Shown here piece after piece: positions 35,952 through 45,617 of a stretch of DNA of 64,000 nt. The stretch's first letter is position 1. Each line of letters opens with the position of its first letter. The notes under the pieces are model-generated. The model ran no database searches. It was not told where the DNA came from and saw only the letters and a list, made by a program, of their open reading frames with translations. The position numbers and the translations under genes were made by a program. This DNA comes from a virus, in the IMG/VR virus record IMGVR_UViG_3300011113_000238, positions 20,111 through 84,110 of that record. The stretch is one strand, 5' to 3'.

Positions 35952-37700
35952 TCAGTTCGGACTGTTTTCGTCAAGCCATGTATCAAGATCGTGCAAAGTA
36001 TGTGTCTGCGAGTCATAGTAAATTTTACCGGCTGGACCTGTTTCGGACATTAACCGATTTTTACTCAGATAGATACTTGTGGAATTGCGTTCCACTAAAT
36101 CTTCTGCCAACTTATTCCGAACTAACAAAATGTTAGCACTCGCTGACTTCATGACCGACGATGAACCCATAATATCGCTCTCGCTAATCATACCACCTGA
36201 CGATTGATCTTTCTGACCAGATTGACCCTTTCGCACATGGTTGATCAAGAAGAAGGTGCAATTGTGACTCTTAATCATAGATTTAATCCATTTCATAGCA
36301 ACGGCCTGTTCATCAATGGTCAATCCGTCAATTCCAATATCTGTCCAAGGGTCTACTACGATTAACCGCACACCTGATGAAATCACCATCTGTTCAACCA
36401 CTGCTTGAAATTGCTCGAAAGATGAATCACGATCCTCTACAAGCATAAACCGAGGACTACCATCTTCGCGTTCAAATAGTTCTTTCCCAGATGCCTTGAT
36501 TTTCTCAGATTGTAGAAACTTAACCTTATCTTCCGAATTAAGTTTAGCCAGTTTCTGCTGAACGTGCCGACTAAGTAGCACTTCACCATACTGTGATGCA
36601 TTCAATTCAAGCGAAACAACACCCACGGTGTATGGTGAATTGAAAATCCAGTGATAAATCATCTCGTTTACCAAACTTGTCTTACCGCCACCCGTAACCC
36701 CACTGCATGTATAAGCGTGACCCAGCGTCAACCCTCCACCCAGCATATCATTCAGTTTACCAAATACAGGCGGTAAAGTAATCTTTTCCTGCGAAGACTG
36801 ATCAAGCATCTTTTGGTAAATATCAGTTGACGCTAATACACCGGCAGGTACGTATGCTTTGGCACTGTAAAAGTCACTAATAAACTGACGGTCTTTACCT
36901 TTCTGCAACATATCATTGGGGTCTTTCATCGACCAGTTGGCAATGAACACTTTACCCTTTGGTAGTGCATTCACAGCTTTTTCCATTGCTTCCATACCGG
37001 GTTCATCTGCATCGTATCCAAGTACAATCTTGGAATACTTGTCAAACCATGCATAGTTTTTTGCAATTTGCTTTGCACTACCTGTTTCTCCTACGGTTGG
37101 AGAAACCACAACTGGTTCAAAGTCCCAATTTTTTGTCTTATAGTAATCTTTGAGCATTTGATAGGCAGCGAGAGCGTCATGTTCCCCACCTACGATCAGA
37201 CATACCTTAGCATCTTGCTTGTATTTGAACTGCCCGAACATGTCACAACTTACACCAGTGCGACCTATTGAACCACCAAATTGCTTAGGGTGTACTCGCG
37301 GTTTCCAACCTGTCAATTCACCTTGCTCTGTGCAAGGGTAGTAAACGGCACTAACTTCTTCATCGTCATCATACTCTACACGTACACCAAATGTCTGATA
37401 AACGTCATCACGAATGCCGCGATAACCATTACCTTTACTAGTAGTGCGAGATTTCAATTCAGCAGTTTGCTCAGTAGTGACTATTTCTTTCAGTTTCTCA
37501 TTTTTTTCCATATGATCCTTTGTTTGGTGTTTAATGCTTACTTTAATCTTTGACGGTTTAGACGGGTTGTTCAACCGGTATTCTTCACTAGGTACTGTAA
37601 AATTACAGGACCAACAGAAGCTACTCCCATCACTATAGATCGCTTTCGCGTCACTACTCCCGCATTCATCGCAGGATGTATGTTTAATAAAATTTGCCAC
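35952..37700 (-). CDS. DNA primase-helicase (T7 gp4-like)
   Basis: CDECGSSDA...FCWSC, GGEHDALA, YDADEPG, KDPND, GVTGGGKT, VVDP, NHVRK, KNR; GTG start after AAGGAG. Confidence 0.93.
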   Translation of the reverse strand: MANFIKHTSCDECGSSDAKAIYSDGSSFCWSCNFTVPSEEYRLNNPSKPSKIKVSIKHQTKDHMEKNEKLKEIVTTEQTAELKSRTTSKGNGYRGIRDDVYQTFGVRVEYDDDEEVSAVYYPCTEQGELTGWKPRVHPKQFGGSIGRTGVSCDMFGQFKYKQDAKVCLIVGGEHDALAAYQMLKDYYKTKNWDFEPVVVSPTVGETGSAKQIAKNYAWFDKYSKIVLGYDADEPGMEAMEKAVNALPKGKVFIANWSMKDPNDMLQKGKDRQFISDFYSAKAYVPAGVLASTDIYQKMLDQSSQEKITLPPVFGKLNDMLGGGLTLGHAYTCSGVTGGGKTSLVNEMIYHWIFNSPYTVGVVSLELNASQYGEVLLSRHVQQKLAKLNSEDKVKFLQSEKIKASGKELFEREDGSPRFMLVEDRDSSFEQFQAVVEQMVISSGVRLIVVDPWTDIGIDGLTIDEQAVAMKWIKSMIKSHNCTFFLINHVRKGQSGQKDQSSGGMISESDIMGSSSVMKSASANILLVRNKLAEDLVERNSTSIYLSKNRLMSETGPAGKIYYDSQTHTLHDLDTWLDENSPN

Positions 37701-37710
37701 TGTTCTCCTT

Positions 37711-38571
37711 TTAAAGATCAATCATATCACGAATACCTCTTAACTCGCTCTCAACTTTTTTCACTTCAGAAATAAGTTCTAACTTTTGAGCTTCTTTAAT
37801 CTTTTGCTGTTTGTCACGGAACGCAAGTGCATCTAATAATGAATCAGCATGGTCAGAGTCCCCGAAGAACTTTGACCACTCCTTGTCGTGAAGTCTACCT
37901 CTCGCTACCCAACCATCAGAAAGTCTATGCACACCCGTAATGCCTATGCAATTTCTACCTTCCGCATTTTTATCGTCCCTCAAGAATGTGTTCTGACTTT
38001 GAGTTACGGCTATTAAATTACTAGGCTTATTGTTAGATGGATTTGAATCTATGTGGTTTACAACTAAGTCCGCACTCAGATTTCTTTGGTTGTATAGAAC
38101 CCAAACAACTCTATGACATTGATTTTGCACTTTCAATACTCGAACAGTATAATAACCTCTATCGTTTACCCCTCCTGCGTTTTTATGCGGAACAGCTTTT
38201 ATTGAACTACCTTTATCAAAATCTTTCCATTTTAGACCGCTAGGTGATTCGTCTGAAATATACCAAAACTTATTACAGTAGTCAAACGTCAACTCTGAAT
38301 GAGTCTTAGTGTAATTTTTTTGTATATTTAGTAATTTACTTTTATCTGGACACTCTGACAATAATTTGCATTCTATTTGAATTGCCTCGAACTTAGTCAA
38401 CGCGCTTTTAATAATATTCACCTTAAAATTACAAGACTCTAATCTTTTAAGTAGTCTTTCACTTCTGCTCTTTTTAAATAGGTAAGGTCTTTTTTCATTT
38501 CCATGTCCTATGTAGAATACGCCATCAGAATCTTCATATGAATAAACGCAGAATCGTCTATCTTCTTCCAT
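37711..38571 (-). CDS. homing endonuclease: GIY-YIG-like N-terminus plus HNH
   Basis: CVYSY...FYIGHG...R...E...LLN; CHRVVW...VNHIDSNPSNNKPSNL. Confidence 0.8.
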   Translation of the reverse strand: MEEDRRFCVYSYEDSDGVFYIGHGNEKRPYLFKKSRSERLLKRLESCNFKVNIIKSALTKFEAIQIECKLLSECPDKSKLLNIQKNYTKTHSELTFDYCNKFWYISDESPSGLKWKDFDKGSSIKAVPHKNAGGVNDRGYYTVRVLKVQNQCHRVVWVLYNQRNLSADLVVNHIDSNPSNNKPSNLIAVTQSQNTFLRDDKNAEGRNCIGITGVHRLSDGWVARGRLHDKEWSKFFGDSDHADSLLDALAFRDKQQKIKEAQKLELISEVKKVESELRGIRDMIDL

Positions 38572-38581
38572 GTATTGCTCC

Positions 38582-39181
38582 TTAGATATTAATTACTTCA
38601 ATATGCTGACGGTACAACTTAACTAGATTAATATTACTATCTTCCATGATTTCATAATCAGGGAATTTCTTAATGATCTTGACGATGTACGGATCATCCA
38701 ATTTATACCGCTTGTCAATCAAGAGAACTTTAGCAGCTTCTGCTACTGCAAATTCATATGAAGGCTCCACACGAGTACCGTCATATTCAATCTTGCAGAT
38801 ACTAACAGGAAAGCGATCTATTGTTCTACCAACTGTAGTACCCTGCATCAGCATCAATTGAAAATCCAGAAACATATACCGGAAGTCAACGACCAATTCA
38901 AGGTTATTATCACGAGCATATTCCCCGCGATTCTCACCTTTCTTTACTTCTTTAATCTTTACGCCGATCATCTTAAACAGATTCTGCACCTGCTCTAGTT
39001 TAACATCAGTGATGTAGCAGTCAATGTCTTTTGCTGGTTTACCGAAGTACCAATCTCGCGGAGCGCCACCAGCTACAACTGCAGTGGGGCAGAGAACCCA
39101 AAGGTTACTCAGCATGCGCTTTGCAGCAATAATCTGCCACATGATGATTAGTTTATAGAATACACTCTTGATGAATTTCAT
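38582..39181 (-). CDS. poly(A) polymerase/CCA-enzyme-like nucleotidyltransferase (head domain)
   Basis: VVAGGAPRDW...AKDIDCY. Confidence 0.8.
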   Translation of the reverse strand: MKFIKSVFYKLIIMWQIIAAKRMLSNLWVLCPTAVVAGGAPRDWYFGKPAKDIDCYITDVKLEQVQNLFKMIGVKIKEVKKGENRGEYARDNNLELVVDFRYMFLDFQLMLMQGTTVGRTIDRFPVSICKIEYDGTRVEPSYEFAVAEAAKVLLIDKRYKLDDPYIVKIIKKFPDYEIMEDSNINLVKLYRQHIEVINI

Positions 39182-39305
39182 ATATTCTCCTTAGTATTTA
39201 CCGAACTTAAACACGCGATAACGCTTACCCATAACCTGCAGGTACAACCCACCGTACTTAAAGTACATAGGATTCTGCCATACAAATAACTTTGGTTGCT
39301 TCATA

Positions 39306-39500
39306 TTAAAACCCCCGATAATGGTAGCGACTACTACGATAAGTCTGCTTGGTTATTCGATAAGCGTTAACAAAAGCATTCTTGACGGATTTATACAGAA
39401 CTACCATAAACACCAAAGGTAGCAACGAAATATCCAAGTAATATTGCGCAAAGTGCAGCAGGATTTTAACCTTAATTTTAACTTCAGTGAAATAGCTCAT
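39306..39500 (-). CDS. small membrane protein
   Basis: AAGGAG RBS, hydrophobic segment. Confidence 0.55.
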   Translation of the reverse strand: MSYFTEVKIKVKILLHFAQYYLDISLLPLVFMVVLYKSVKNAFVNAYRITKQTYRSSRYHYRGF

Positions 39501-39601
39501 GTAACTCCTTTGGAAGCGGCAGCTTTAAGAAGCTACCTTTGTTTGTTGATGCTGCAATTGTAGCATAGCACCATCCCCGATGGGGCTGGTTTACACAGAT
39601 A

Positions 39602-39940
39602 TTACAGCAAGTCCTGCTTATTTTTACCAATAATTGCAGCAGCAGTAACCACCGCACGGTTAGGTTCGATGCCTGACACGACAATCTTCTCTTCGTAAGT
39701 CTCAGAGTCATAAGATACAGCATCCCACCCACCACCCGCACCAGGAATTAAAGCAAGATTTAGCTGCACTTGCAACTGCCTGTTATCCGCATCGTCTTTC
39801 AATGGATTCCAGAAGCACAAGAAGTCCCCGTATTCATCCTGAAGGCGCATACCCTTGGTTGTATCTAGCGCCCAACCACCTACACGCATATTTACAGATG
39901 CAGCCGCTAACTCAAGTAAATCTCTGTCGGTGTAAGTCAT
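39602..39940 (-). CDS. hypothetical protein
   Basis: TDRDLLELAA...WNPLKDDAD phage motif. Confidence 0.7.
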   Translation of the reverse strand: MTYTDRDLLELAAASVNMRVGGWALDTTKGMRLQDEYGDFLCFWNPLKDDADNRQLQVQLNLALIPGAGGGWDAVSYDSETYEEKIVVSGIEPNRAVVTAAAIIGKNKQDLL

Positions 39941-40245
39941 AGTACTTCCACGGATTTTAACTTACCTGTTTCACCATCAAAGGTAACGCGAGTGTTGCAA
40001 TTATCACCAATGTCGAAGCACCATGCGAATGATTCACTGAACTCATCAACAGTGCTAAATCTAGCAAAGCGAACGCGATCTGGTTTAGGCTCTGGCTTGA
40101 TGCGGTATTGATAGTGAACGACCCAACAAGGCTCATTAACTGTTGACCAACGATCAGCATCGTGGACCCTGCATTCAATAACTGACCCATCTGCCCAAGC
40201 CTTAATCAGCTCTGCGTGTTTGTGCGGTTTATTCTGTTTACTCAT
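39937..40245 (-). CDS. hypothetical protein (paralog of 55541-55873)
   Basis: KPHKHAELIKAWADG...YRIKPE. Confidence 0.7.
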   Translation of the reverse strand: MSKQNKPHKHAELIKAWADGSVIECRVHDADRWSTVNEPCWVVHYQYRIKPEPKPDRVRFARFSTVDEFSESFAWCFDIGDNCNTRVTFDGETGKLKSVEVL

Positions 40246-40433
40246 TTTAGTTCCTTTCCTTGTTTGTCATGAACGCGAATCTTACCAGTTTTTGTAACGT
40301 AAACCTGAAGGGTTTCTTTAGGTGTTGTAATTTGTACAACAACCCAACCTTTCTTCTCGTCGGAAGCACATCGGGTAACCTCCGCTGCTCCGAACTCGAA
40401 ACCAAAGCATGTTTCTTTGTAGTGAGTACTCAT
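40242..40433 (-). CDS. hypothetical protein
   Basis: Translationally coupled small ORF. Confidence 0.65.
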   Translation of the reverse strand: MSTHYKETCFGFEFGAAEVTRCASDEKKGWVVVQITTPKETLQVYVTKTGKIRVHDKQGKELK

Positions 40434-40699
40434 TTGATGACTTCCTTTTGCAAAGATAAATGACTCAGCTCTCTTGAGAATTCAACGGAAGTAGAATCGT
40501 CCTCACCAATAACCTGAGCACCATCTATTACGGCACCATACGGGACTTTACCTTGCACCATGTGCTGTCGGGTATCGCACGGTAAGTGCCTGTCAGCAAC
40601 AATCATGGCGTTAGCTGCAGGCCAGAATAAAGCAGGAACGACTCGTTGCCATTTCATGATGCCGCAAATATCGTATTCAATTTTAGATGCGTCGTTCAT
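40430..40699 (-). CDS. hypothetical protein
   Basis: Translationally coupled small ORF. Confidence 0.6.
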   Translation of the reverse strand: MNDASKIEYDICGIMKWQRVVPALFWPAANAMIVADRHLPCDTRQHMVQGKVPYGAVIDGAQVIGEDDSTSVEFSRELSHLSLQKEVIK

Positions 40700-40917
40700 T
40701 TTACACCTTTCATCATTCGGTTAACCGCACTGCGAATGGCAGGCCATTCTTTTGGATCAACCCTGATTGTACCACAGTCCGAATGCGTCTGAGTGATTTC
40801 GATGAATTCACCACCGCCTTCATCTACGATTTTAACCTCGGTAGCCATCTCGGAGTACAGAGGTTTGTCTTCTGGTACTACGGTCATAGCTGTGCATCGT
40901 TGTGTATATTTGGTCAT
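40696..40917 (-). CDS. hypothetical protein
   Basis: RBS, coupled; IVDEGGGEFIEI. Confidence 0.65.
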   Translation of the reverse strand: MTKYTQRCTAMTVVPEDKPLYSEMATEVKIVDEGGGEFIEITQTHSDCGTIRVDPKEWPAIRSAVNRMMKGVK

Positions 40918-40925
40918 ATATCCCC

Positions 40926-41078
40926 TTAACGCTTACTAGGGTCGTGCAAAACCTGAAGCAGCATATTGATGCTTGCAATGACCTGTTGCTGATGTTGAAG
41001 CGGCAGTTGATCCCACGAGCGAGTATCACCCGCTTTAGCTGCGATTGCTTGCCAGTACGCTACTACGCTAAATTCCAT
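40926..41078 (-). CDS. hypothetical protein (50 aa, not in the ORF track)
   Basis: AAGGAG RBS; MEFSVVAYWQ...PSKR*. Confidence 0.6.
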   Translation of the reverse strand: MEFSVVAYWQAIAAKAGDTRSWDQLPLQHQQQVIASINMLLQVLHDPSKR

Positions 41079-41257
41079 AATTATCTCCTTAAATTAAAAC
41101 ACAAGCGAATCAATCTCACCTTGCTGCACTAGCTGCTGCTCAAGGTTAAACCGATGTTCGTACAGTTCATTTAATTCGTTCTGCATGCTACGGATTGTAT
41201 CACGCATTTCTTCAATGTCACGCTGCACGAACTCTAGTTGTTGCTTAAGTTGCATGT

Positions 41258-41533
41258 TTACTCCACGTATTCGTACATTTCATTGAAAGATTCAGCATCT
41301 AGGACTTCAAAATCACCGTTACTGTGCTTGATGATGTAATAACCTAGATAGACCCTGCGGGAGCGACCGCCCACGTCTATACTCCAGTAAGATATAGTCT
41401 TTGTCGGAGGATGTGTAGTAGTAGCTACGGTTCGCATAGAGGGCCACCGCGCCTCAATTGTCAGCTTTTTATCCCATGAACCATCCCATTGCATGGCTTC
41501 AACGATAACAGGTTTCTTTATGTACAGGCTCAT
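41258..41533 (-). CDS. hypothetical protein (PGDYG-like)
   Basis: YIKKPVIVEAMQW...YIIK...FNEMYE. Confidence 0.7.
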   Translation of the reverse strand: MSLYIKKPVIVEAMQWDGSWDKKLTIEARWPSMRTVATTTHPPTKTISYWSIDVGGRSRRVYLGYYIIKHSNGDFEVLDAESFNEMYEYVE

Positions 41534-41535
41534 AA

Positions 41536-41724
41536 TTACTCCTTGCTCAGACTTTTAACCCACAGTGAACAAACATTCTTCAGTACACCAATGGGCGTAG
41601 GTTTACCCCACGACTTCTGGCACTCTTCCCAAATCCAAGTTGTACCAGAGGGTAGCACCTCCGCTACACCTGAGCTATAGAACTTGCAGTTATTGCACTG
41701 AGGTTTCTGCTTTACTTCTTGCAC
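41536..41724 (-). CDS. small Cys-rich protein
   Basis: CNNC...C...C. Confidence 0.55.
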   Translation of the reverse strand: MQEVKQKPQCNNCKFYSSGVAEVLPSGTTWIWEECQKSWGKPTPIGVLKNVCSLWVKSLSKE

Positions 41725-41726
41725 GA

Positions 41727-42155
41727 TTACCCCTTAGACGGTGCGGTAGGCTTACGCTTCCAGTGCGTGGCCCACGTAATCGCGTAATCAGTACTCTCGT
41801 CGCACCATGCGTAGTCACGATCCATTGCATTAAACGGATGACCCCAGTAAGCAACAGCAAGAGAACCGTCAGGATGACCGAGAAGGATACTGTCTGCTCC
41901 TTTTGGAGCTGTTTTGATAGGTTGCCAGTCGCTTGATTGCACCTGTTGTTTCAACCGAATTATCTCAATGTTTAGCGCAGCAATCTCATTGTTCATTGCA
42001 CGTTGAGATTCTTTCATTGCAACCCAAAGTGGGTGCTCTTCATTACACCCTGCAGAAGCACCGAGTACACAATGCACTTCAATACAGTTGTCAACATGCG
42101 CGTTAATCAACTGCTGTAGTTTTGCTGTATGGTTATTTTGCATCAGGTACTCCAT
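41727..42155 (-). CDS. DUF551-like protein
   Basis: WQPIKTAPK...ATHW. Confidence 0.65.
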   Translation of the reverse strand: MEYLMQNNHTAKLQQLINAHVDNCIEVHCVLGASAGCNEEHPLWVAMKESQRAMNNEIAALNIEIIRLKQQVQSSDWQPIKTAPKGADSILLGHPDGSLAVAYWGHPFNAMDRDYAWCDESTDYAITWATHWKRKPTAPSKG

Positions 42156-42447
42156 GTTTAGCTAGCAGCATTGCAAGTTGGTGCTTTTCGTTTTCTTCGG
42201 TAAGTTTAGCACGACGATTTTCTGCATTAATCCGAGTTTGCATCTCTTCATCTGTCTCTGGAACGAGTACAGTGATTGCATAGTAGTAACCATCGTCGTA
42301 TTGCTCTAGGGTGTACTCAATCCTAGCGGCAGGTCCGTACTGCTCAATGAGATTTGCAAGATGCAATGAAAGCTCAAGTAGTGTCATGTCATCTATGTAA
42401 AACTGACCCTGTTCCTTATAGAAGGACTTACGTTCATGTACTGTCAT
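42133..42447 (-). CDS. hypothetical protein
   Basis: AAGGAG RBS before ATG 42447; PETDEEMQTR. Confidence 0.65.
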   Translation of the reverse strand: MTVHERKSFYKEQGQFYIDDMTLLELSLHLANLIEQYGPAARIEYTLEQYDDGYYYAITVLVPETDEEMQTRINAENRRAKLTEENEKHQLAMLLAKHGVPDAK

Positions 42448-42844
42448 ATCAAGCTCCTTTGAGATGCGGCAGCATCGAGAAAGCTGCCTTTTGTTGAGAA
42501 GCCATAAGTGTATCACAGGTTTCTGCGTCTTACAAACAATTTATACACCCTATGATTTGTGTTGCAGCTTTACAACAAATCCGTTGTATTTAGCACTAAA
42601 AGTTGTAACAGTTTGGTTTTGTAAGGTTTTGCAAGAAAAGTAGCGTAAAATAAATACCTTGGTATTACTGACGATGCTACTGAAGTTCATCCAAGGTTGC
42701 AACACGAGGTGTCCGCAGGGTACTTAAGTTACAACCTGCGTTAATGCTCGGTTAGCTGAGTGCTACCGCAGAGTGACAAGGGATTAAGTAGTAAACAAGA
42801 TAAATACATAACTGAAGGTTAACTGCAGTATAGCTTAGGTTAGT

Positions 42845-42880
42845 ACTGAAGTTACAACTGAAGTTACAACTGAAGTTACA
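42845..42880. repeat. three perfect ACTGAAGTTACA direct repeats in the divergent intergenic gap
   Basis: Tandem 12-mers, with degenerate copies nearby. Confidence 0.85.
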
Positions 42881-43036
42881 GTGCAGGTTGTCGTCGCCAA
42901 AGGCGGTTGCAATCTGCGTAGGTACTTCAACTAACCTTCAGTTACAACCTAAGTTGCATAAATACAACGAAAGTAATTGTGCAAACTTTCAAGTTGTGTG
43001 CTACACTTCAACCTTCTCATTTAAAAGGAGTTCCTT

Positions 43037-43648
43037 ATGACAGCTAAATCAGTACCTATGCAATACGAAGACAAGTTCCATGCTCTTGCACGAGCAGTTG
43101 AAGTTACGGAAGAAGAGATGCAAATCGCTAAGTTCTTCTGGTACGCTGGGTTGCGCCATGCATTCCAACGAGGTACATCCTCTCCTGCTCTGCTGGAGAA
43201 ACCTACTTCCGCGTTTGATATGAAGTTCGGTGCATCTGCCGCTTTGCCGAGTAACAAGCCTGCACCTTTCTTTAATCTCCCCAAAGAAAAGCGTGAACGA
43301 GCAGATAGTCAGTTTACTTTTGTTGACAAAACATATGAACCTCATACAATGGGTTTCTTTGAACATGCTGGTCAGCAATACACGGATGATCGAACTCTCA
43401 CACCCTACGAAGCCAAGATGCTGCAGTTGACATTGGCAGCTGTTCTCTCTGATGTACAGGAAGGAATTAAAGGTTTGCAAACCTACATCAATTTCATCTG
43501 GAAGGATTGCGACCCAGCGGATAAGCGCACAGAAGAAACCTTCAAGGAAATGAACAAGATGAAGGATATTGTGCGCAAGAGCAAGAAGCATGTTGCAACC
43601 TTGAATAATGCACAGCGTAAACTGAAGAAGATTGCTAAAGGCACGTAA
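43037..43648 (+). CDS. hypothetical protein
   Basis: AAGGAG RBS, upstream TGCTACACT -10. Confidence 0.7.
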   Translation: MTAKSVPMQYEDKFHALARAVEVTEEEMQIAKFFWYAGLRHAFQRGTSSPALLEKPTSAFDMKFGASAALPSNKPAPFFNLPKEKRERADSQFTFVDKTYEPHTMGFFEHAGQQYTDDRTLTPYEAKMLQLTLAAVLSDVQEGIKGLQTYINFIWKDCDPADKRTEETFKEMNKMKDIVRKSKKHVATLNNAQRKLKKIAKGT

Positions 43649-43795
43649 GTGCCTGATAAGGCTAATGGTACTTGAAGTAGCAAGGAAAGCTCCTAGAATG
43701 CATTAGAATCGCCCACAGGAGCTTTTCAGAGGGTTACCCAAGGCAGCATAGCCTGAATATAAACAAACGCTCTACGGGGCTTTAAAGGATTCGAT

Positions 43796-44416
43796 ATGAC
43801 AACATGGTTTACGAGCGATCACCACCATCACCACAGGCGCATTACTGAATTCACAGCGCGATGTCAATTCACCGATCCTGACAATCACAGCGAATGGTTG
43901 ATCGACCTCTGGAATTCTCAGGTACAGCGCGGAGATACAGTATGGCATCTTGGAGACTTTAGCTTTAGTTCTCGCTTTGAGGATTGGGCTAATGTTCTGC
44001 GCAAGTTGAACGGGAATATTAACCTGATCAAAGGTAACCATGATGACATGAAGATTATGAAATCCGCGCAATTGTCAGGGTTGATCAACAACTGCTGGGA
44101 CTACAAGGAAATCAAGCTGGATAGCACGAATGTTGTGCTGTTTCACTTTCCGATTGAGTCGTGGAATAAGCAGGGTTACGGTAGTATTCACCTTTTCGGT
44201 CACACGCACGGTTCACTCCCTGATTCCGGTGGTAAGCGATTGGATGTAGGATTGGACAACGCATGGAATATTTTTGGTGAGCACAAGTTCTTTTCGGAAG
44301 AATTCGTGCTAGAATACATGCAAGATCGAAGCGTTAAAGTCTCCGATCACCACAAAGACCATACAGCAACGGCTAGCTTTCTCAATGCTGGCGCATCTCA
44401 AAAGGAGTTAACATGA
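43796..44416 (+). CDS. metallophosphoesterase
   Basis: FTSDHH, HLGD, KGNHD, FHFP, GHTHG. Confidence 0.9.
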   Translation: MTTWFTSDHHHHHRRITEFTARCQFTDPDNHSEWLIDLWNSQVQRGDTVWHLGDFSFSSRFEDWANVLRKLNGNINLIKGNHDDMKIMKSAQLSGLINNCWDYKEIKLDSTNVVLFHFPIESWNKQGYGSIHLFGHTHGSLPDSGGKRLDVGLDNAWNIFGEHKFFSEEFVLEYMQDRSVKVSDHHKDHTATASFLNAGASQKELT

Positions 44417-44937
44417 AACGCAGCGAAATTCACCCTGATTTATTGGTTGAACTGAAGAAAACCGAAGAGAAGTACAAGAAAGTTACAGCGTTTGCTGATA
44501 AACTTCCGTTATTCTCTAAGAACATTGTTCGGGACGAGCTGACAGGTGAGTCTTACTCGCGGTTAACCTCTTGGTATAAAACCCTCAACCTTCAGTGGGG
44601 TGTCAACTGGGAGGTTAATGTGGAGTTGACAAATCGCGACACTCCTTTGAAAAAGGATGAAATCGGCTTGGTTGCCGTCTACATTAACTGCTACAGTATG
44701 TTCCCTGATGACTGCTACGCCACTGCTTATCGTACTTTACACAGTGCTGATATTAAATCTTTCTATGTGGATTGGATGAACAGCACTTTCTACTTCAAAC
44801 CATCGCAAGTTGAAGCTGGTCTGGAAGTATTGCATGATTGGTACTTGAAAATTACCAGTCAAATCAAAGAAATTCAGCAAGCTAAACGCAAAGCTGAATT
44901 GCAGGCTGAACTTGCTAAACTTGAGGGTGCTGAGTGA
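44413..44937 (+). CDS. hypothetical protein
   Basis: RBS, coupled. Confidence 0.7.
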   Translation: MKRSEIHPDLLVELKKTEEKYKKVTAFADKLPLFSKNIVRDELTGESYSRLTSWYKTLNLQWGVNWEVNVELTNRDTPLKKDEIGLVAVYINCYSMFPDDCYATAYRTLHSADIKSFYVDWMNSTFYFKPSQVEAGLEVLHDWYLKITSQIKEIQQAKRKAELQAELAKLEGAE

Positions 44938-45203
44938 ATATGAAATTTCTACAGTGGTTCTATAATCCGTTCAAACCGCATATCTGCCGATTGTCAACAG
45001 GTGAGTACGCTGTACGTAAACTTACGCTTACTGGGATGTACTATCTCTCGGCAGTATTTGATATTGATAACCGAAAATGGTGGGCCGTTAAATCTAATGT
45101 TCTTTGGTATTGCGCGATGCAATCCAAGGAGGAAGTCGAATCAAGACTGCGTGAGTATAACAAAAGTCAAATTAAAGTTAAATTCAGCGAAAGGGTATTA
45201 TGA
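44934..45203 (+). CDS. hypothetical protein (tandem paralog 1)
   Basis: FYNPFKPHI...EYAVR. Confidence 0.65.
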   Translation: MNMKFLQWFYNPFKPHICRLSTGEYAVRKLTLTGMYYLSAVFDIDNRKWWAVKSNVLWYCAMQSKEEVESRLREYNKSQIKVKFSERVL

Positions 45204-45457
45204 AATTCTTCAAACGATTCTACAATCCGTTCAAACCACACATTGTTCAGTTCAGTAACGATGAATACGCAATCCGACGTTGGGCATTAGGCTGGGAGTA
45301 CCTTGATACCGATATTAGGGGTTCTTATGCTGGTTATTGGTGGGGTGGCGAGTTCCGAGCACTAAAATACTGCTCATTTACTAAGCTGGACAGCGCCAAG
45401 GCTCATCTGGAGAATTACCTGAAGCCTAAAGTTGCATTTGCACGGAGGGTTGAGTAA
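45200..45457 (+). CDS. hypothetical protein (tandem paralog 2)
   Basis: FYNPFKPHI...EYAIR. Confidence 0.65.
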   Translation: MKFFKRFYNPFKPHIVQFSNDEYAIRRWALGWEYLDTDIRGSYAGYWWGGEFRALKYCSFTKLDSAKAHLENYLKPKVAFARRVE

Positions 45458-45606
45458 TGCTAGCTAAATGGACAGAACTACTACCGCTATTTATGCTAAG
45501 ATATCTAGCTAAGAAATACTGCGAAAGAACGTTGTATTATTACGAAGGTAAAGTGCCGAGGGTTGTAGCTATTGCTCGACCCGATGTGCTGATTAAGATT
45601 GATTAA
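45457..45606 (+). CDS. hypothetical protein (49 aa, not in the ORF track)
   Basis: TAATG coupling, GGAGG RBS. Confidence 0.5.
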   Translation: MLAKWTELLPLFMLRYLAKKYCERTLYYYEGKVPRVVAIARPDVLIKID

Positions 45607-45617
45607 CGAAAGGAATT

